NCBI GenBank assembly: GCA_964187785.1
Contig: OZ076409.1
Location: 58,096,001-58,160,000 of the forward strand
Source: Amphiscolops sp. MND2022
Taxonomy: Eukaryota
DNA: 64,000 bases
Direction: 5' to 3'
Shown here piece after piece: positions 24,074 through 37,244 of this stretch. The number at the start of each line of letters is the position of its first letter. Position 1 is the stretch's first letter. The translations under genes and the position numbers were made by a program. A model generated the notes under the pieces. The model made no database searches. It saw only the letters and a list, made by a program, of their open reading frames with translations, and was not told the DNA's origin.

Positions 24074-27000
24074 AAAACGCGTGACTTCTAACTGGGGGAG
24101 TTGTTCACACATCCTAGGATTCTTCTTTCTAGCTTCCGAACACGCTTTTACTTCTAAATATCTCAATTGAAATTTTGATTCTGGGCTACAAGTTCCACAC
24201 AAACCTAGACTTCGCCATTTTTGCGCTTTATATCACATAGCATACTATAAACATACTCTTGCTCTGCATTCACTTTTTGGGCGTCCAAGTTTACCACACT
24301 TGAAGCATTGCAAACCTTAATTGAAATGTGAACATGTTCCTTGGTCGGTCTGACTTCGCAACTGTCACTCACAATTCAAATGCTCTCGTTTTGATCTTCA
24401 AAGGTTCTAGCTTCATATGAAAGTTAGAAAACAGTTACAAAACTTGTGAAACTGTTCGGCAGACATTTTAAGGATACCGAGCGATGTGTTTGACCTCTAA
24501 CGTTTTCGCCAACAACGGTTAAACTAAACTGAAGTTCTTCAGCTTTAACAAAACTTCGTGAAATCTTTTAAATTGTTCTTCTAAGGTTTGTTACTTTATT
24601 CGACAATTGGTGGCTACGACGACGTTCACGTTTTTTTTAAACAGTTTTGCAAATGTTCCTGTGCCTGAGTAGCGCTATGGTTGGCTGCTTTACCTAAACT
24701 AAATGATTTTCCATTTAGATTATGCACCAGCTCACACCAAATTTCGAACTCTAGTTTTTTCAACTTGTTTCGCTCACTAGCTATCCAAATCACATAATTG
24801 AAACGATGGTCGTCAGATCTAATGAATAAAGCCGTGAACCTACACGTTCAGCGAAATATTTAAAGTCTTCCCTTTTCGCGAAAACAATAACGTTTCCAAT
24901 TTAGATTGATTGTACAGTACGGTAAGTCATTTTATGTTTGAGTCGTCGAAACTAACAATGAAACTCAAAATTCTAAAACTTTGTGAACTTGACTTTGTGC
25001 TGCTTGACCTGGTGACAATAATTTTCTGATTGTTTCTCAGATAATGACGCTTCTCTGGATCTCAAGAACAACCTTCTGACAAATAACGCAAATGAGTTGA
25101 AAATTGTTGCAGAAACTACGTTCAGTAGTTTTCTTACTACCTGCCATGATAGGCAATGGATAGCTATGTGCTCTTCGAAAACTACCCCAAACAATAATGA
25201 ATAAGGTATCTTAACATATATCTGAACCATTGTCACCATGGTTTTTTCGTCAAGCCTAAATATGTTATTCTGAATTGTTTTTAGAATCTTCCGAGAAAGC
25301 TTCAAAAATAGCAAAAAGACTTTAATGCGTCAATTTTTTTGTCTCCGGTAAGTCGCATAGTGCCGAAAAATGCAAAAGGGGGACCTTTGAGAGTTCTTGA
25401 ACATCTATTTATTTGCAAAACAGAAAAAAATGAAAGGGGACACTTTGGAGACATATAAAAAATGTGCAAAAAAAGTCTCGCCAAGCCAAAAAAACCTGCA
25501 CAAAAGAAATTTTGGTCATCGGCGGGACTCGAACCCACGTCCTTCGGCTTGGCAGACATCAAAAACTATCCTAATTAACCTCTATGCTAAGTGGCAGTAG
25601 AAGTTAGAAGTGTGGCAGTTAGTGGACGCAGCTTATAAAGCTTATGAAATCTATCACTTCGTTGGTCTTAAAAAAGTCACTGCTATTTTCTGCGTTTTCT
25701 ACGAAAAGCACCCAGTAAAAACGCGTGACTTCTAACTGGGGGAGTTGTTCACACATCCTAGGATTCTTCTTTCTAGCTTCCAAACACGCTTTTACTTCTA
25801 AATATCTCAATTGAAATTTTGATTCTGGGCTACAAGTTCCACACAAACCTAGACTTCGCCATTTTTGCGCTTTATATCACATAGCATACTATAAACATAC
25901 TCTTGCTCTGCATTCACTTTTTGGGCGTCCAAGTTTACCACACTTGAAGCATTGCAAACCTTAATTGAAATGTGAACATGTTCCTTGGTCGGTCTGACTT
26001 CGCAACTGTCACTCACAATTCAAATGCTCTCGTTTTGATCTTAAAAGGTTCTAGCTTCATATGAAAGTTAGAAAACAGTTACAAAACTTGTAAAACTGTT
26101 CGGCAGACATTTTAAGGATACCGAGCGATGTGTTTGACCTCTAACGTTTTCGCCAACAACGGTTAAACTAAACTGAAGTTCTTCAGCTTTAACAAAACTT
26201 CGTGAAATCTTTTAAATTGTTCTTCTAAGGTTTGTTACTTTATTCGACAATTGGTGGCTACGACGACGTTCACGTTTTTTTTAAACAGTTTTGCAAATGT
26301 TCCTGTGCCTGAGTAGCGCTATGGTTGGCTGCTTTACCTAAACTAAATGATTTTCCATTTAGATTATGCACCAGCTCACACCAAATTTCGAACTCTAGTT
26401 TTTTCAACTTGTTTCGCTCACTAGCTATCCAAATCACATAATTGAAACGATGGTCGTCAGATCTAATGAATAAAGCCGTGAACCTACACGTTCAGCGAAA
26501 TATTTAAAGTCTTCCCTTTTCGCGAAAACAACAACGTTTCCAATTTAGATTGATTGTACAGTACGGTAAGTCATTTTATGTTTGAGTCGTCGAAACTAAC
26601 AATGAAACTCAAAATTCTAAAACTTTGTGAACTTGACTTTGTGCTGCTTGACCTGGTGACAATAATTTTCTGATTGTTTCTCAGATAATGACGCTTCTCT
26701 GGATCTCAAGAACAACCTTCTGACAAATAACGCAAATGAGTTGAAATTTGTTGCAAAAACTACGTTCAGTAGTTTTCTTACTACCTGCCATGATAGGCAA
26801 TGGATAGCTATCTGCTCTTCGAAAACTACCCCAAACAATAATGAATAAGATATCTTAACATATATCTGAACCATTGTCACCATGGGTTTTTCGTCAAGCC
26901 TAAATATGTTATTCTGAATTGTTTTTAGAATCTTCCGAGAAAGCTTCAAAAATAGCAAAAAGACTTTAATGCGTCAATTTTTTGTCTCCGGTAAGTCGCA

Positions 27001-30000
27001 TAGTGCCGAAAAATGCAAAAGGGGGACCTTTGAGAGTTCTTGAACATCTATTTATTTGCAAAACAGAAAAAAATGAAAGGGGACACTTTGGAGACATATA
27101 AAAAATGTGCAAAAAAAAGTCTCGCCAAGCCAAAAAAACCTGCACAAAAGAAATTTTGGTCATCGGCGGGACTCGAACCCACGTCCTCCGGCTTGGCAGA
27201 CATCAAAAACTATCCTAATTAACCTCTATGCTAAGTGGCAGTAGAAGTTAGAAGTGTGGCAGTTAGTGGACGCAGCTTATAAAGCTTATGAAATCTATCA
27301 CTTCGTTGGTCTTAAAAAAGTCACTGCTATTTTCTGCGATTGCTACGAAAAGCACCCAGTAAAAACGCGTGACTTCTAACTGGGGGAGTTGTTCACACAT
27401 CCTAGGATTCTTCTTTCTAGCTTCCAAACACGCTTTTACTTCTATATATCTCAATTGAAATTTTGATTCTGGGCTACAAGTTCCACACAAACCTAGAGTT
27501 CGCCATTTTTGCGCTTTATATCACATAGCATACTATAAACATACTCTTGCTCTGCATTCATTTTTTGGGCGTCCAAGTTTACCACACTTGAAGCATTGCA
27601 AACCTTAATTGAAATGTGAACATGTTCCTTGGTCGGTCTGACTTCGCAACTGTCACTCGCAATTCAAATGCTCTCGTTTTGATCTGCAAAGGTTCTAGCT
27701 TCATATGAAAGTTAGAAAACAGTTACAAAACTTGTGAAACTGTTCGGCAGACATTTTAAGGATACCGAGCGATGTGTTTGACCGCTAACGTTTTCGCCAA
27801 CAACGGTTAAACTAAACTGAAGTCCTTCAGCTTTAACAAAACTTCGCGCAATCTTTTAAATTGTTCTTCTAAGGTTTGTTACTTTATTCGACAATTGGTG
27901 GCTACGACGACGTTCACGTTTTTTTAAACAGTTTTGCAAATGTTCCTGTGCCTGAGTAGCGCTATGGTTGGCTGCTTTACCTAAACTAATTGATTTTCCA
28001 TTTGGATTATGCACCAGCTCACACCAAATTTCGAACTCTAGTTTTTTCAACTTGTTTCGCTCACTAGCTATCCAAATCACATAATTGAAACGATGGTCGT
28101 CAGATCTAATGAATAAAGCCGTGAACCAACACGTTCAGCGAAATATTTAAAGTCTTCCCTTTTCGCGAAAACAACAACGTTTCCAATTTAGATTGATTGT
28201 ACAGTACGGTAAGTCATTTTATGTTTGAGTCGTCGAAACTAACAATGAAACTCAAAATTCTAAAACTTTGTGAACTTGACTTTGTGCTGCTTGACCTGGT
28301 GACAATAATTTTCTGATTGTTTCTCAGATAATGACGCTTCTCTGGATCTCAAGAACAACCTTCTGACAAATAACGCAAATGAGTTGAAATTTGTTGCAAA
28401 AACTACGTTCAGTAGTTTTCTTACTACCTGCCATGATAGGCAATGGATAGCTATGTGCTCTTCGAAAACTACCCCAAACAATAATGAATAAGGTATCTTA
28501 ACATATATCTGAACCATTGTCACCATGGTTTTTTCGTCAAGCCTAAATATGTTATTCTGAATTGTTTTTAGAATCTTCCGAGAAAGCTTCAAAAATAGCA
28601 AAAAGACTTTAATGCGTCAATTTTTTTGTCTCCGGTAAGTCGCATAGTGCCGAAAAATGCAAAAGGGGGACCTTTGAGAGTTCTTGAACATCTATTTATT
28701 TGCAAAACAGAAAAAAATGAAAGGGGACACTTTGGAGACATATAAAAAATGTGCAAAAAAAGTCTCGCCAAGCCAAAAAAACCTGCACAAAAGAAATTTT
28801 GGTCATCGGCGGGACTCGAACCCACGTCCTTCGGCTTGGCAGACATCAAAAACTATCCTAATTAACCTCTATGCTAAGTGGCAGTAGAAGTTAGAAGTGT
28901 GGCAGTTAGTGGACGCAGCTTATAAAGCTTATGAAATCTATCACTTCGTTGGTCTTAAAAAAGTCACTGCTATTTTCTGCGTTTTCTACGAAAAGCACCC
29001 AGTAAAAACGCGTGATTTCTAACTGGGGGAGTTGTTCACACATCCTAGGATTCTTCTTTCTAGCTTCCAAACACGCTTTTACTTCTATATATCTCAATTG
29101 AAATTTTGATTCTGGGCTACAAGTTCCACACAAACCTAGACTTCGCCATTTTTGCGCTTTATATCACATAGCATACTATAAACATACTCTTGCTCTGCAT
29201 TCATTTTTTGGGCGTCCAAGTTTACCACACTTGAAGCATTGCAAACCTTAATTGAAATGTGAACATGTTCCTTGGTCGGTCTGACTTCGCAACTGTCACT
29301 CATAATTCAAATGCTCTCGTTTTGATCTGCAAAGGTTCTAGCTTCATATGAAAGTTAGAAAACAGTTACAAAACTTGTGAAACTGTTCGGCAGACATTTT
29401 AAGGATACCGAGCGATGTGTTCGACCGCTAACGTTTTCGCCAACAACGGTTAAACTAAACTGAAGTCCTTCAGCTTTAACAAAACTTCGCGCAATCTTTT
29501 AAATTGTTCTTCTAAGGTTTGTTACTTTATTCGACAATTGGTGGCTACGACGACGTTCACGTTTTTTTAAACAGTTTTGCAAATGTTCCTGTGCCTGAGT
29601 AGCGCTATGGTTGGCTGCTTTACCTGAACTAAATGATTTTCCATTTGGATTATGCACCAGCTCACACCAAATTTCGAACTCTAGTTTTTTCAACTTGTTT
29701 CGCTCACTAGCTATCCAAATCACATAATTGAAACGATGGTCGTCAGATCTAATGAATAAAGCCGTGAACCAACACGTTCAGCGAAATATTTAAAGTCTTC
29801 CCTTTTCGCGAAAACAACAACGTTTCCAATTTAGATTGATTGTACAGTACGGTAAGTCATTTTATGTTTGAGTCGTCGAAACTAACAATGAAACTCAAAA
29901 TTTTAAAACTTTGTGATTTTGACTTTGTGCTGCTTGACCTGGTGACAATAATTCTCTGATTGTTTCTCAGATAATGACGCTTCTCTGGATCTCAAGAACA

Positions 30001-30232
30001 ACCTTCTGACAAATAACGCAAATGAGTTGAAATTTGTTGCAAAAACTACGTTCAATAGTTTTCTTACTACCTGCCAAGATAGGCAATGGATAGCTATGTG
30101 CTCTTCGAAAACTACCCCAAACAATAATAAATAAGGTATCTTAACATATATCTGAACCATTGTCACCATGGTTTTTTCGTCAAGCCTAAATATGTTATTC
30201 TGAAGTGTTTTTAGAATCTTCCGAGAAAGTTA
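23658..30232. repeat. Four near-identical 1643-1644-bp tandem copies (young layer of the array)
   Basis: TCAAAAA unit starts at 23658, 25302, 26946, 28589, with the boundary at 30233. The same short ORFs recur at that period. Confidence 0.95.
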
Positions 30233-30977
30233 TCAAAAAAGGTGTAACATTTGTGTACTCTCGCTCAAATTCAAACTCAATTCTACACAACTTATAAAAA
30301 ACAACGAGAATATTTACAAAAAGCATCGAAAACGTTCGAGCGTGCTTTTGACAAATTTACCCTCTTCAAACTTTGAAAGTTGATTTCTGCCTGCATGGCG
30401 CAGTGGTTAACTGGAAAAAACTACTTCTTTCTGTAAGACTTCTCTTGCCACTATTCGGTTCTCTTTTAGTCTATCTGTGGCAAGTGACTTCTCTTCAAAC
30501 GTTGACAGCAACCTTAATCTTAGATGTTTGGTTAAGGCCGCAACACTTTTTGACTTTCGCTGAGTGAGACGATGAGTTTATAGTTTTAATTGAACTGTAT
30601 TCAGAGAAGTTCAAGAGAAAAGTGGTTTATAAATAGACATCAGAAGTTAGTGAATAATTCCCGCTGAAATAAAAAACGCGTGATTTCTAACAGTAGAACT
30701 TGTTCATACTTCTTAGGATTCTTGTTTCCAGCTTCCAGACATGCTATATGACTTCTATATAACTCAATTGAACTTTTGATTCTTTGCTACAATTTCTACA
30801 AAAATCTAGAGTTCCCAATTTTTGCGCTTTTAATAGTGTTAGTTCTGGTCCACATTGTCCCGATACAGTGGTGTTTTTTTGTAAAATATATCTCTGAACA
30901 CTACTTGAACTCTGAACAGATAGATAACTATAACAAAAGCATTCAAGATCTACAGTAGATACGTTTTCTACAGTTTT

Positions 30978-31410
30978 TTGATCAGCGCTTTTCGATGAAA
31001 AAAAACTAAAGAAGTGCTTTTTTGTGAGACCGACCAACTGACGATCGATTTCATAAACAAATGTCTACGATTTGTATCTTAGTAACTTAGTAACTGAGAA
31101 AGAGGCATAGTAACTACAACTTGGCATAGAAAGTAACACGGCTGTCCTGAGGTCTGAGAATATGAGAAGCAGGAATGCGTGAGTTGGAGTCTCGCACATA
31201 GACGAAACTTTTTTAAGCTTGCAAAAGTAAAATGGTCCCCATTCGGGTTTTTCCGCACTGTGCGACTTTTTCAAAAGAACTTCCAACTGAAGTGGCACCC
31301 TCTGATTTTTAGCAGAAACAAACATTTTGCGAGCATACAGGTCCGTTTTGCTAGCATTTTATGATCCTGCTTGGTGAACTTTTTCAACTCAATTTTTATT
31401 TTTCCGGTTA
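30978..31410 (+). mobile_element. Diverged, 3'-truncated HINE family-1-like copy
   Basis: Starts ..ATCAGCGCTTTTCGATG and carries a degenerate tRNA-like box (GTGAGTTGGAGTCTCGC) and GGTCCCC..GCACTGTGCGACT motifs as in the other copies. Confidence 0.5.
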
Positions 31411-33869
31411 GAGAAAGCAACATGGGCAAAAACTGTTGTTCACAATCAAAAATGGCAATGCGTTCTCACAATTCCTAAAGATTGGCCAAAGGACGGACAA
31501 GACAAAGAAAAAATGCGAACAAAATATTTGGGCCTTGTAGGAAAAACCCATGATGAACCCCCTCGATCATCCGCAAAGGCTGCCAGAATGACAAGGAACT
31601 ATCAAGGATAAATCAAAAAACAATCACTAAAAAAAGTATCAAGGTGTCACCAGAAGATTGGTATTTCATCAAGGAAGATCTTTCAACGGCTGCAACAGAC
31701 CATTATTGCCTAAGAAGACATACCAGGCACATCGGTAACACGGAGATGCTGGCAGAAGCGAAACCATCTTATTAGAAAATCATGTAGTATATGGCAGAAG
31801 ACACTTTACCGGAAGTTCACCGCATTGCGGGAATGTATACACATTACTTCACTTCCTGTCGATCCCCGTAGCAAATAGCCAATGGAAAAAATATGTTACA
31901 GTCAAAGCTCGGAGACTGTTATAAAGTTAAAATAACACTATTTCTGCAGAACAAACACTATCCTGGGAGCAATTGAACAAGTGCAACCAATTCTATTCAC
32001 GGCAACTGGTTTGATGGAATGGACGGTCCAAAAAATTAATTGGATAATTACAACCGGTATTATATGTCTATGAAGCACATTGTTTGGACGAGACTGACTA
32101 TAAGTAGTCTAGCTAGCGCTATTCATTGTTAGATGAAATCAAATCTTTCTTCTGCTAAATCCTCTTTCATCAAAGTAGATTTAGCACACCACAAATATTC
32201 AGTTCCGACATTAAAGAAACATGACTTGAGATCACCATGACCTGATAGTAACTAACAGTTTTCGCTGACAATATAATTGAGTTGTCTTTTGATCATTACA
32301 TTGGTGGGAACAGAACTCACACAATAGCATTTACTTATGTCAAAAAACCTTCAACAAAACCTAGCCGACCAGATGAATACAAATTTGGGAGCAGGCATCA
32401 ACAACAGTGAAAACTGCTTCTGATAAACTGTGGACTAATCCTGTTTCTGTTGAAAAACATGAATGTAGGAATCTCGGATCTGCCTAGATAGACATGGAGA
32501 AGGTTTTTTTGATAATCAGAGGTTTTCGGTTAGAGTTCTATAACTAAACTTCTATTATTGAGCAATGTAATTTTTTGGCCGACGTTGAGCTCCAAAGCAA
32601 TTAACTGAAGATTTAAAGTGCCTCCATCTGTGACACAGGGACATTGTTTGACTTTTGAATAACATTTCTTAACTCTGATAAAACCTTGATTAAGGCTTTT
32701 CAAGCCTAAAACACCCCGTTTGTGTTTTCCGGCGCTGTGGACAATTCCTCAATTTTGAAATAAAAATTTGATTTTTCTGGATGGAGAAAAAATTTGCGAT
32801 GAGCGTTCTTTTGGGAATCATTAAGACCACTGATAACTTGTTGAGTAAACAGATGACAGTTTGTTTGTGATATTTCATTGTGACAGGTTGCCTGATGACC
32901 TCTTTCAATCTTTCTCTCATTTCCGCAACTATTGACTATAGCATGATGATCATTGATCATCAATCTGAGGCGTCCCAAAAGTTTCCATATGCGATGCCAA
33001 AAAGTTCCACCCAATTACCATTGAAAAAAAATGAGATTCCGTTCATGAGTGGTATGATTTCAAGTGGAGAATTGCATGCAGGTGAGCGAGCCGTTTGGTT
33101 CCACGGAAGGAAGTGATCTTATTTCAAATGCAGATTGCAGTACAACTATTTTCGACAATGTGAGGATCACCCACCAATTTTCACACACTTTTTTACATTC
33201 ACAGCTAGAGGAGGTCGTTTAGATGTTTAGAAAAGTAAACAAGTATCAAATACAGGCTCTATTGTGGTTCCTTAGGCGATTCCTCAAGGTCCAGATAAAA
33301 AACGATTTCATTCTTTAGCTGCTCAAAATGTATTTCATTATTTTGATTAGCGAGAAGCATATTAAAGTAAGCTATCGTAAAAACTATTGGTAGGTCAATT
33401 TTACTGCATCCAAACTCACGAAAAAAACCTCAATTGGTACGAGGTTTCACCTCAAAGTTTATGATTGAATAGATAATGACGTGTCAGGGCAGTGTGGGAT
33501 TTTTCGTGAAAGGGTTGGGTCGGAATTGGGTACCGTATGAACATATTTCGAACCAATTAAAAATCAAGCCAAAACAGTAACCAAAAATGTATACCCATCC
33601 AGAATCGTGAAAATTAAAAAAGAGGGGATTATTAAACTTATGTAATTGAAAACTGCTAATTTGTGTATGATTGATAGTAGGTTGATTTTGTCTGCAACGA
33701 AGAACAAGGACACTAGAAACGCCTATTTCATTCTAACCAGCCAACACGTTCAACATATTAAAGCGTGCTGCCATTGCTCAACAAAGATCGACATAGAATT
33801 AACCATGAATACTGAAATAAGAAAAAAGCAGAATTGGTTTCACTCTGATCGAAGCAAGTTGTCTTTGGT

Positions 33870-34730
33870 TTAATGCCAGCTCCGAAACTCGAGAGCATAT
33901 TTGGTAATTCCAACAGCCAAAACTCCAACATACAATACGAACATGACTCGGTCTATGAACTGTGACAGCAACTTCCAACCTTTGTAATCCTTCTCGGACT
34001 GACTTGTTTTTTCCTTCTCTGGAAAGGGTCCATGGTTCGACTCTTCCGCTTGCTTCTGTGTTGGGTCATTCAAATCTTTTTCGTTGTCTGGATTGTTTTC
34101 AAGAAAGTCCGTCACCTCAACGTTTGAAAGATTGCTCAGTCCCGGGAGACCGAAAATAGCCATCAAAAACGAGTTTAGAACGGTCCTTGTAATCGGATGG
34201 GGTATGACTCCACAAGGGGTGAGGTAAACCCTAGTTGAGACAACCGCAACTACAACAGAGATCGAAATCAGAACGATTGAGAATAGAATGAACTCGCCTA
34301 CGATGGGGAAATTTTCTGACGAAGGTGGAAGAATGTCTGCAATTACTATCAATTCGACTGTCTGAGACAGAAGAACTGTTATTCCCAGGGAGACTCTCTC
34401 GCCGCTTTCTACAGGAAGCAGAAAGCAAAGAATGGAAAGGAGAGTCATAGTCGTCGTAGGTAGTATGATCACATTCACATAAAACGTAGGGTGTCGTCGG
34501 AAACGGAAACGGTACAAAATTTTATCGTACCTCAAAGACCCAGCTGAAGTTCGAGCTCCGTGAAAGTTTCGATAACTGGTGGAGATTGAAACGGGCTGCA
34601 GGAGTTGCCACTGACCGGCAGGCTGGAAGTACTCCAGATTCAATCGATCGGAAAGGCTATTAATGCTGTCTACTGTTAGTCGGTAACTATCATTAGTTGA
34701 CGCCCATTGCCCAGCTCCGAACAAACATTC
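33870..34730 (-). CDS. Cys-loop LGIC (nAChR-like) gene A, exon 3: end of ligand-binding domain and M1-M4
   Basis: Acceptor TTTTGTACAG|GAA TGT completes the Cys loop C-NFNVRLFPFDAQE-C. Contains RRHPTFYVNVIILP, ESGERVSLGITVLLS, WKLLSQFIDRV and the stop at 33870. Confidence 0.9.
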   Translation of the reverse strand, partial: ECLFGAGQWASTNDSYRLTVDSINSLSDRLNLEYFQPAGQWQLLQPVSISTSYRNFHGARTSAGSLRYDKILYRFRFRRHPTFYVNVIILPTTTMTLLSILCFLLPVESGERVSLGITVLLSQTVELIVIADILPPSSENFPIVGEFILFSIVLISISVVVAVVSTRVYLTPCGVIPHPITRTVLNSFLMAIFGLPGLSNLSNVEVTDFLENNPDNEKDLNDPTQKQAEESNHGPFPEKEKTSQSEKDYKGWKLLSQFIDRVMFVLYVGVLAVGITKYALEFRSWH

Positions 34731-35234
34731 CTGTACAAAAAGTAAAATATCAAAACAAAAAGAGGCTGAAACGCACTTTTATTCTGACGGATTGGTGAAG
34801 AAGATTGTCATTTGACAGCAAAAGTGACCTAAACGTCGCTACAAAGAATTGCCAAAAAACAAAGGTATTGAATAAATTTTGAAAAGGGCTCAAAAAATGA
34901 ACATGAATTCCCGTTAAGCGTTTGAGCTTTGCTATTGTAAAACACTAACATTGGCATGCTATCTACGAGAAACGGAAATGTCGTAGTGGAGTTTGCCCAA
35001 AGTGTTTATGAATGCGTAGAAGTAGTGTGTAGAAAATCTGTCATAATGTCATAATGAAAGATTGTATACGAAAAGTAAAATTTTTGTTTTCAGAATCTTT
35101 TCAAAAGCATAACTAAAAGAACTCAAAGATAGCTGTGATTGCTCAATTAAAGGTATTCACCAAAACACCTAAACTCAATCTTAATAGACGATTTTAAAAG
35201 ACGAGGTAAAATGCTACAACGTTTTGTTGCACTT

Positions 35235-35350
35235 AATTACCGACGACAAAATTTCTACCGGCAAAGTTTCTGACGACGAACTTTCTGATATAAAATTTTC
35301 CGACAGCGATTTCTTGACAAAAAATTTTCTGACGACGAAGTTTCGGGCAA
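35235..35350. repeat. 15-bp-period minisatellite (TTTCTGACGACGAA-like), probably a DNA-transposon subterminal repeat
   Basis: About 7 degenerate units visible. Confidence 0.6.
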
Positions 35351-35431
35351 TCGCTATTTACAATTGATGATTTGTTGGGTAGCGTTAAATTGGTTACACT
35401 GTCCAAACCGCGGTACGAAAATTGAACTATA

Positions 35432-36142
35432 TGTAACGGCAAGCGCTAAGCGTTTGGGACGAAACATTGGAGTGGAGGAACTGACACTATGGATATGGTC
35501 CGGGACGAACCACCATAGCACCAGCTCACTTTGTCCTCCTGTGGGTAGCCGGTCCCGAGGAGGGGGAACCGTCTTAAAGGATGCTCTCCGGCCTGTTCCA
35601 GTCTGTAACTGCTACTAGTCACATGTAATAAGCCTTTTTCCTCGTATCCACTGTGTAAATAGCCTTTAAAAACAATGCCAAGGATAAACAGTGTATATTT
35701 CCAATTCCAGGGTGAAATTCCAGGGACATCTGAATAAGGTCTAAAATGGGTACTAAGATCTAAACTGCGAAAACTAGCGCATGGGCTAGCTAAAAACAGT
35801 AGAAACAAGCTGGGGCGCAGACACTCCAAGCACCAAAAAAGGATAATTAAGCGAAAATACACATTTTTTTGGTTCTTGCTACTTTGGGTAGCATAATGCG
35901 CTGAAAATCGGTAAAAACCGGAGTTAGCACCTCAAAAAGAGTCTATTTATGAGTTTTCTAAGCGCATTGGCTTCTACACTCCGTGTTCCCGCTCGGTCGT
36001 CTCCGCGGGCGGCTTGCTTCGTCTTCTGAACTGATTTTTGACAGGTACTTTGGCCAAAGCATGCTCAATTTGCCACGTCAGATTTGAACGAATTTTTGGT
36101 CGATTTTTCTGAAAACTCGTTGTACCACAGGCTTCCGCTACA
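35432..36142 (-). repeat. 3' LTR (711 bp)
   Basis: Direct repeat of 42715-43463; TG..CA ends. Confidence 0.9.
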
Positions 36143-37244
36143 TCCACTCCCCGGGTCTTAGGCATGACGTCCATGTCATGCGGAGAAGCTGGAAACATCT
36201 CCACATTATTGCAATCCACTGCGAGTTCAAACTGATTTTTTTTGCAAGGGTCCAGTGGCACTGTCATTTTTCACTGATTGGGCAACCTTGAGGTCTTGCT
36301 TCTTGCAATCCAGGAACCTGCATCGTCCACAAACTGTTGAAACAGAGCTAGCCCTCGAGTTAGAAAAAAGTACTCAAAAATGCACCTTAAAATTGATCAA
36401 ATCCCAAAAAAAAGCACCAATTTGTTAGCACAAGTTTTTTTTGCATCGACTTTGAATAAGATCTTTCAAGCACAATGGTTGTTTGGACGCCTAAAACTTC
36501 TATTTCGGAGTCCTCAGGCTCCAAAACGCACGTGGTTCTCAAGGAAAATTTTTTTTCCACGGCAGTGAATATCCAGTTTCCAGAAAGTTAAAAGATGTTC
36601 TCGGTAAAACTTCTTTTCAGCGGAAAAACCACTGTTTAAAAGGAAATCAAGATGTTTTTTCGATACTTTTTGTTCACAGTTTGACTTGGTTTGGGCCACA
36701 CGCACTGATGTGAAGCTCCATACCTGAAAGAATTCAGTAGCATCGGTTAATCTGCGTATAAGCAAACTACGAACTGCTCGAGAGTGTAAGCACTGGAATG
36801 AAGTAGGCCAGAATAGACAAAATTCAGCAATTAAGATATTTGGAGCGCGCGAGCTCCACAACTTTTGAGTGTCACGTTGAAACTTGGAGGAAAAACTGAA
36901 AACCTTGGGGAAATTTTACGCACAAACAAAATAGCAACTTTTTGGCGAAGCAAAACATGTTGAGTTTTTAGAGTTTCTGGGTTACTCATTGAATTGCCAG
37001 AAGTATTGGAACCCAAACTTCCCAAACAAAACTAAAAACAAAAATGTCGCGACGTACGTTTACATGACTACTAAACTTACGAAATAAAGTAGCAGAAAAA
37101 AACTGCTCCAATAAGAACATCACGCTGCAAGGTGTCCATTACCAAACGTAGTGATATCCTCCGGGCGTTGTCCCATTGAGTTGAAGAGTGTAGGGTGTTT
37201 TTCCTCAACTGAGGCTCCCCGGGCCTTACTTGACTCCCCGGGTC

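Larger units (their letters stand above)
20520..30830. repeat. Compound tandem array (~1.6-kb unit) derived from decayed copia gag sequence
   Basis: The marker TACTAT..TGCTCTGC recurs near 20525, 22140, 24243, 25887, 27531 and 29174. The minus strand encodes METLLFSRKDEESEYFAERIDARL and IWCELVQ..KSLSLGKAA (copia gag-like). Confidence 0.8.

Noticed and set aside
23753..30169. Recurrent 60-113 aa ORFs as a tandem gene family
   Set aside because: They recur only because the DNA is repeated; frames are spurious readings of HINE and decayed gag sequence.
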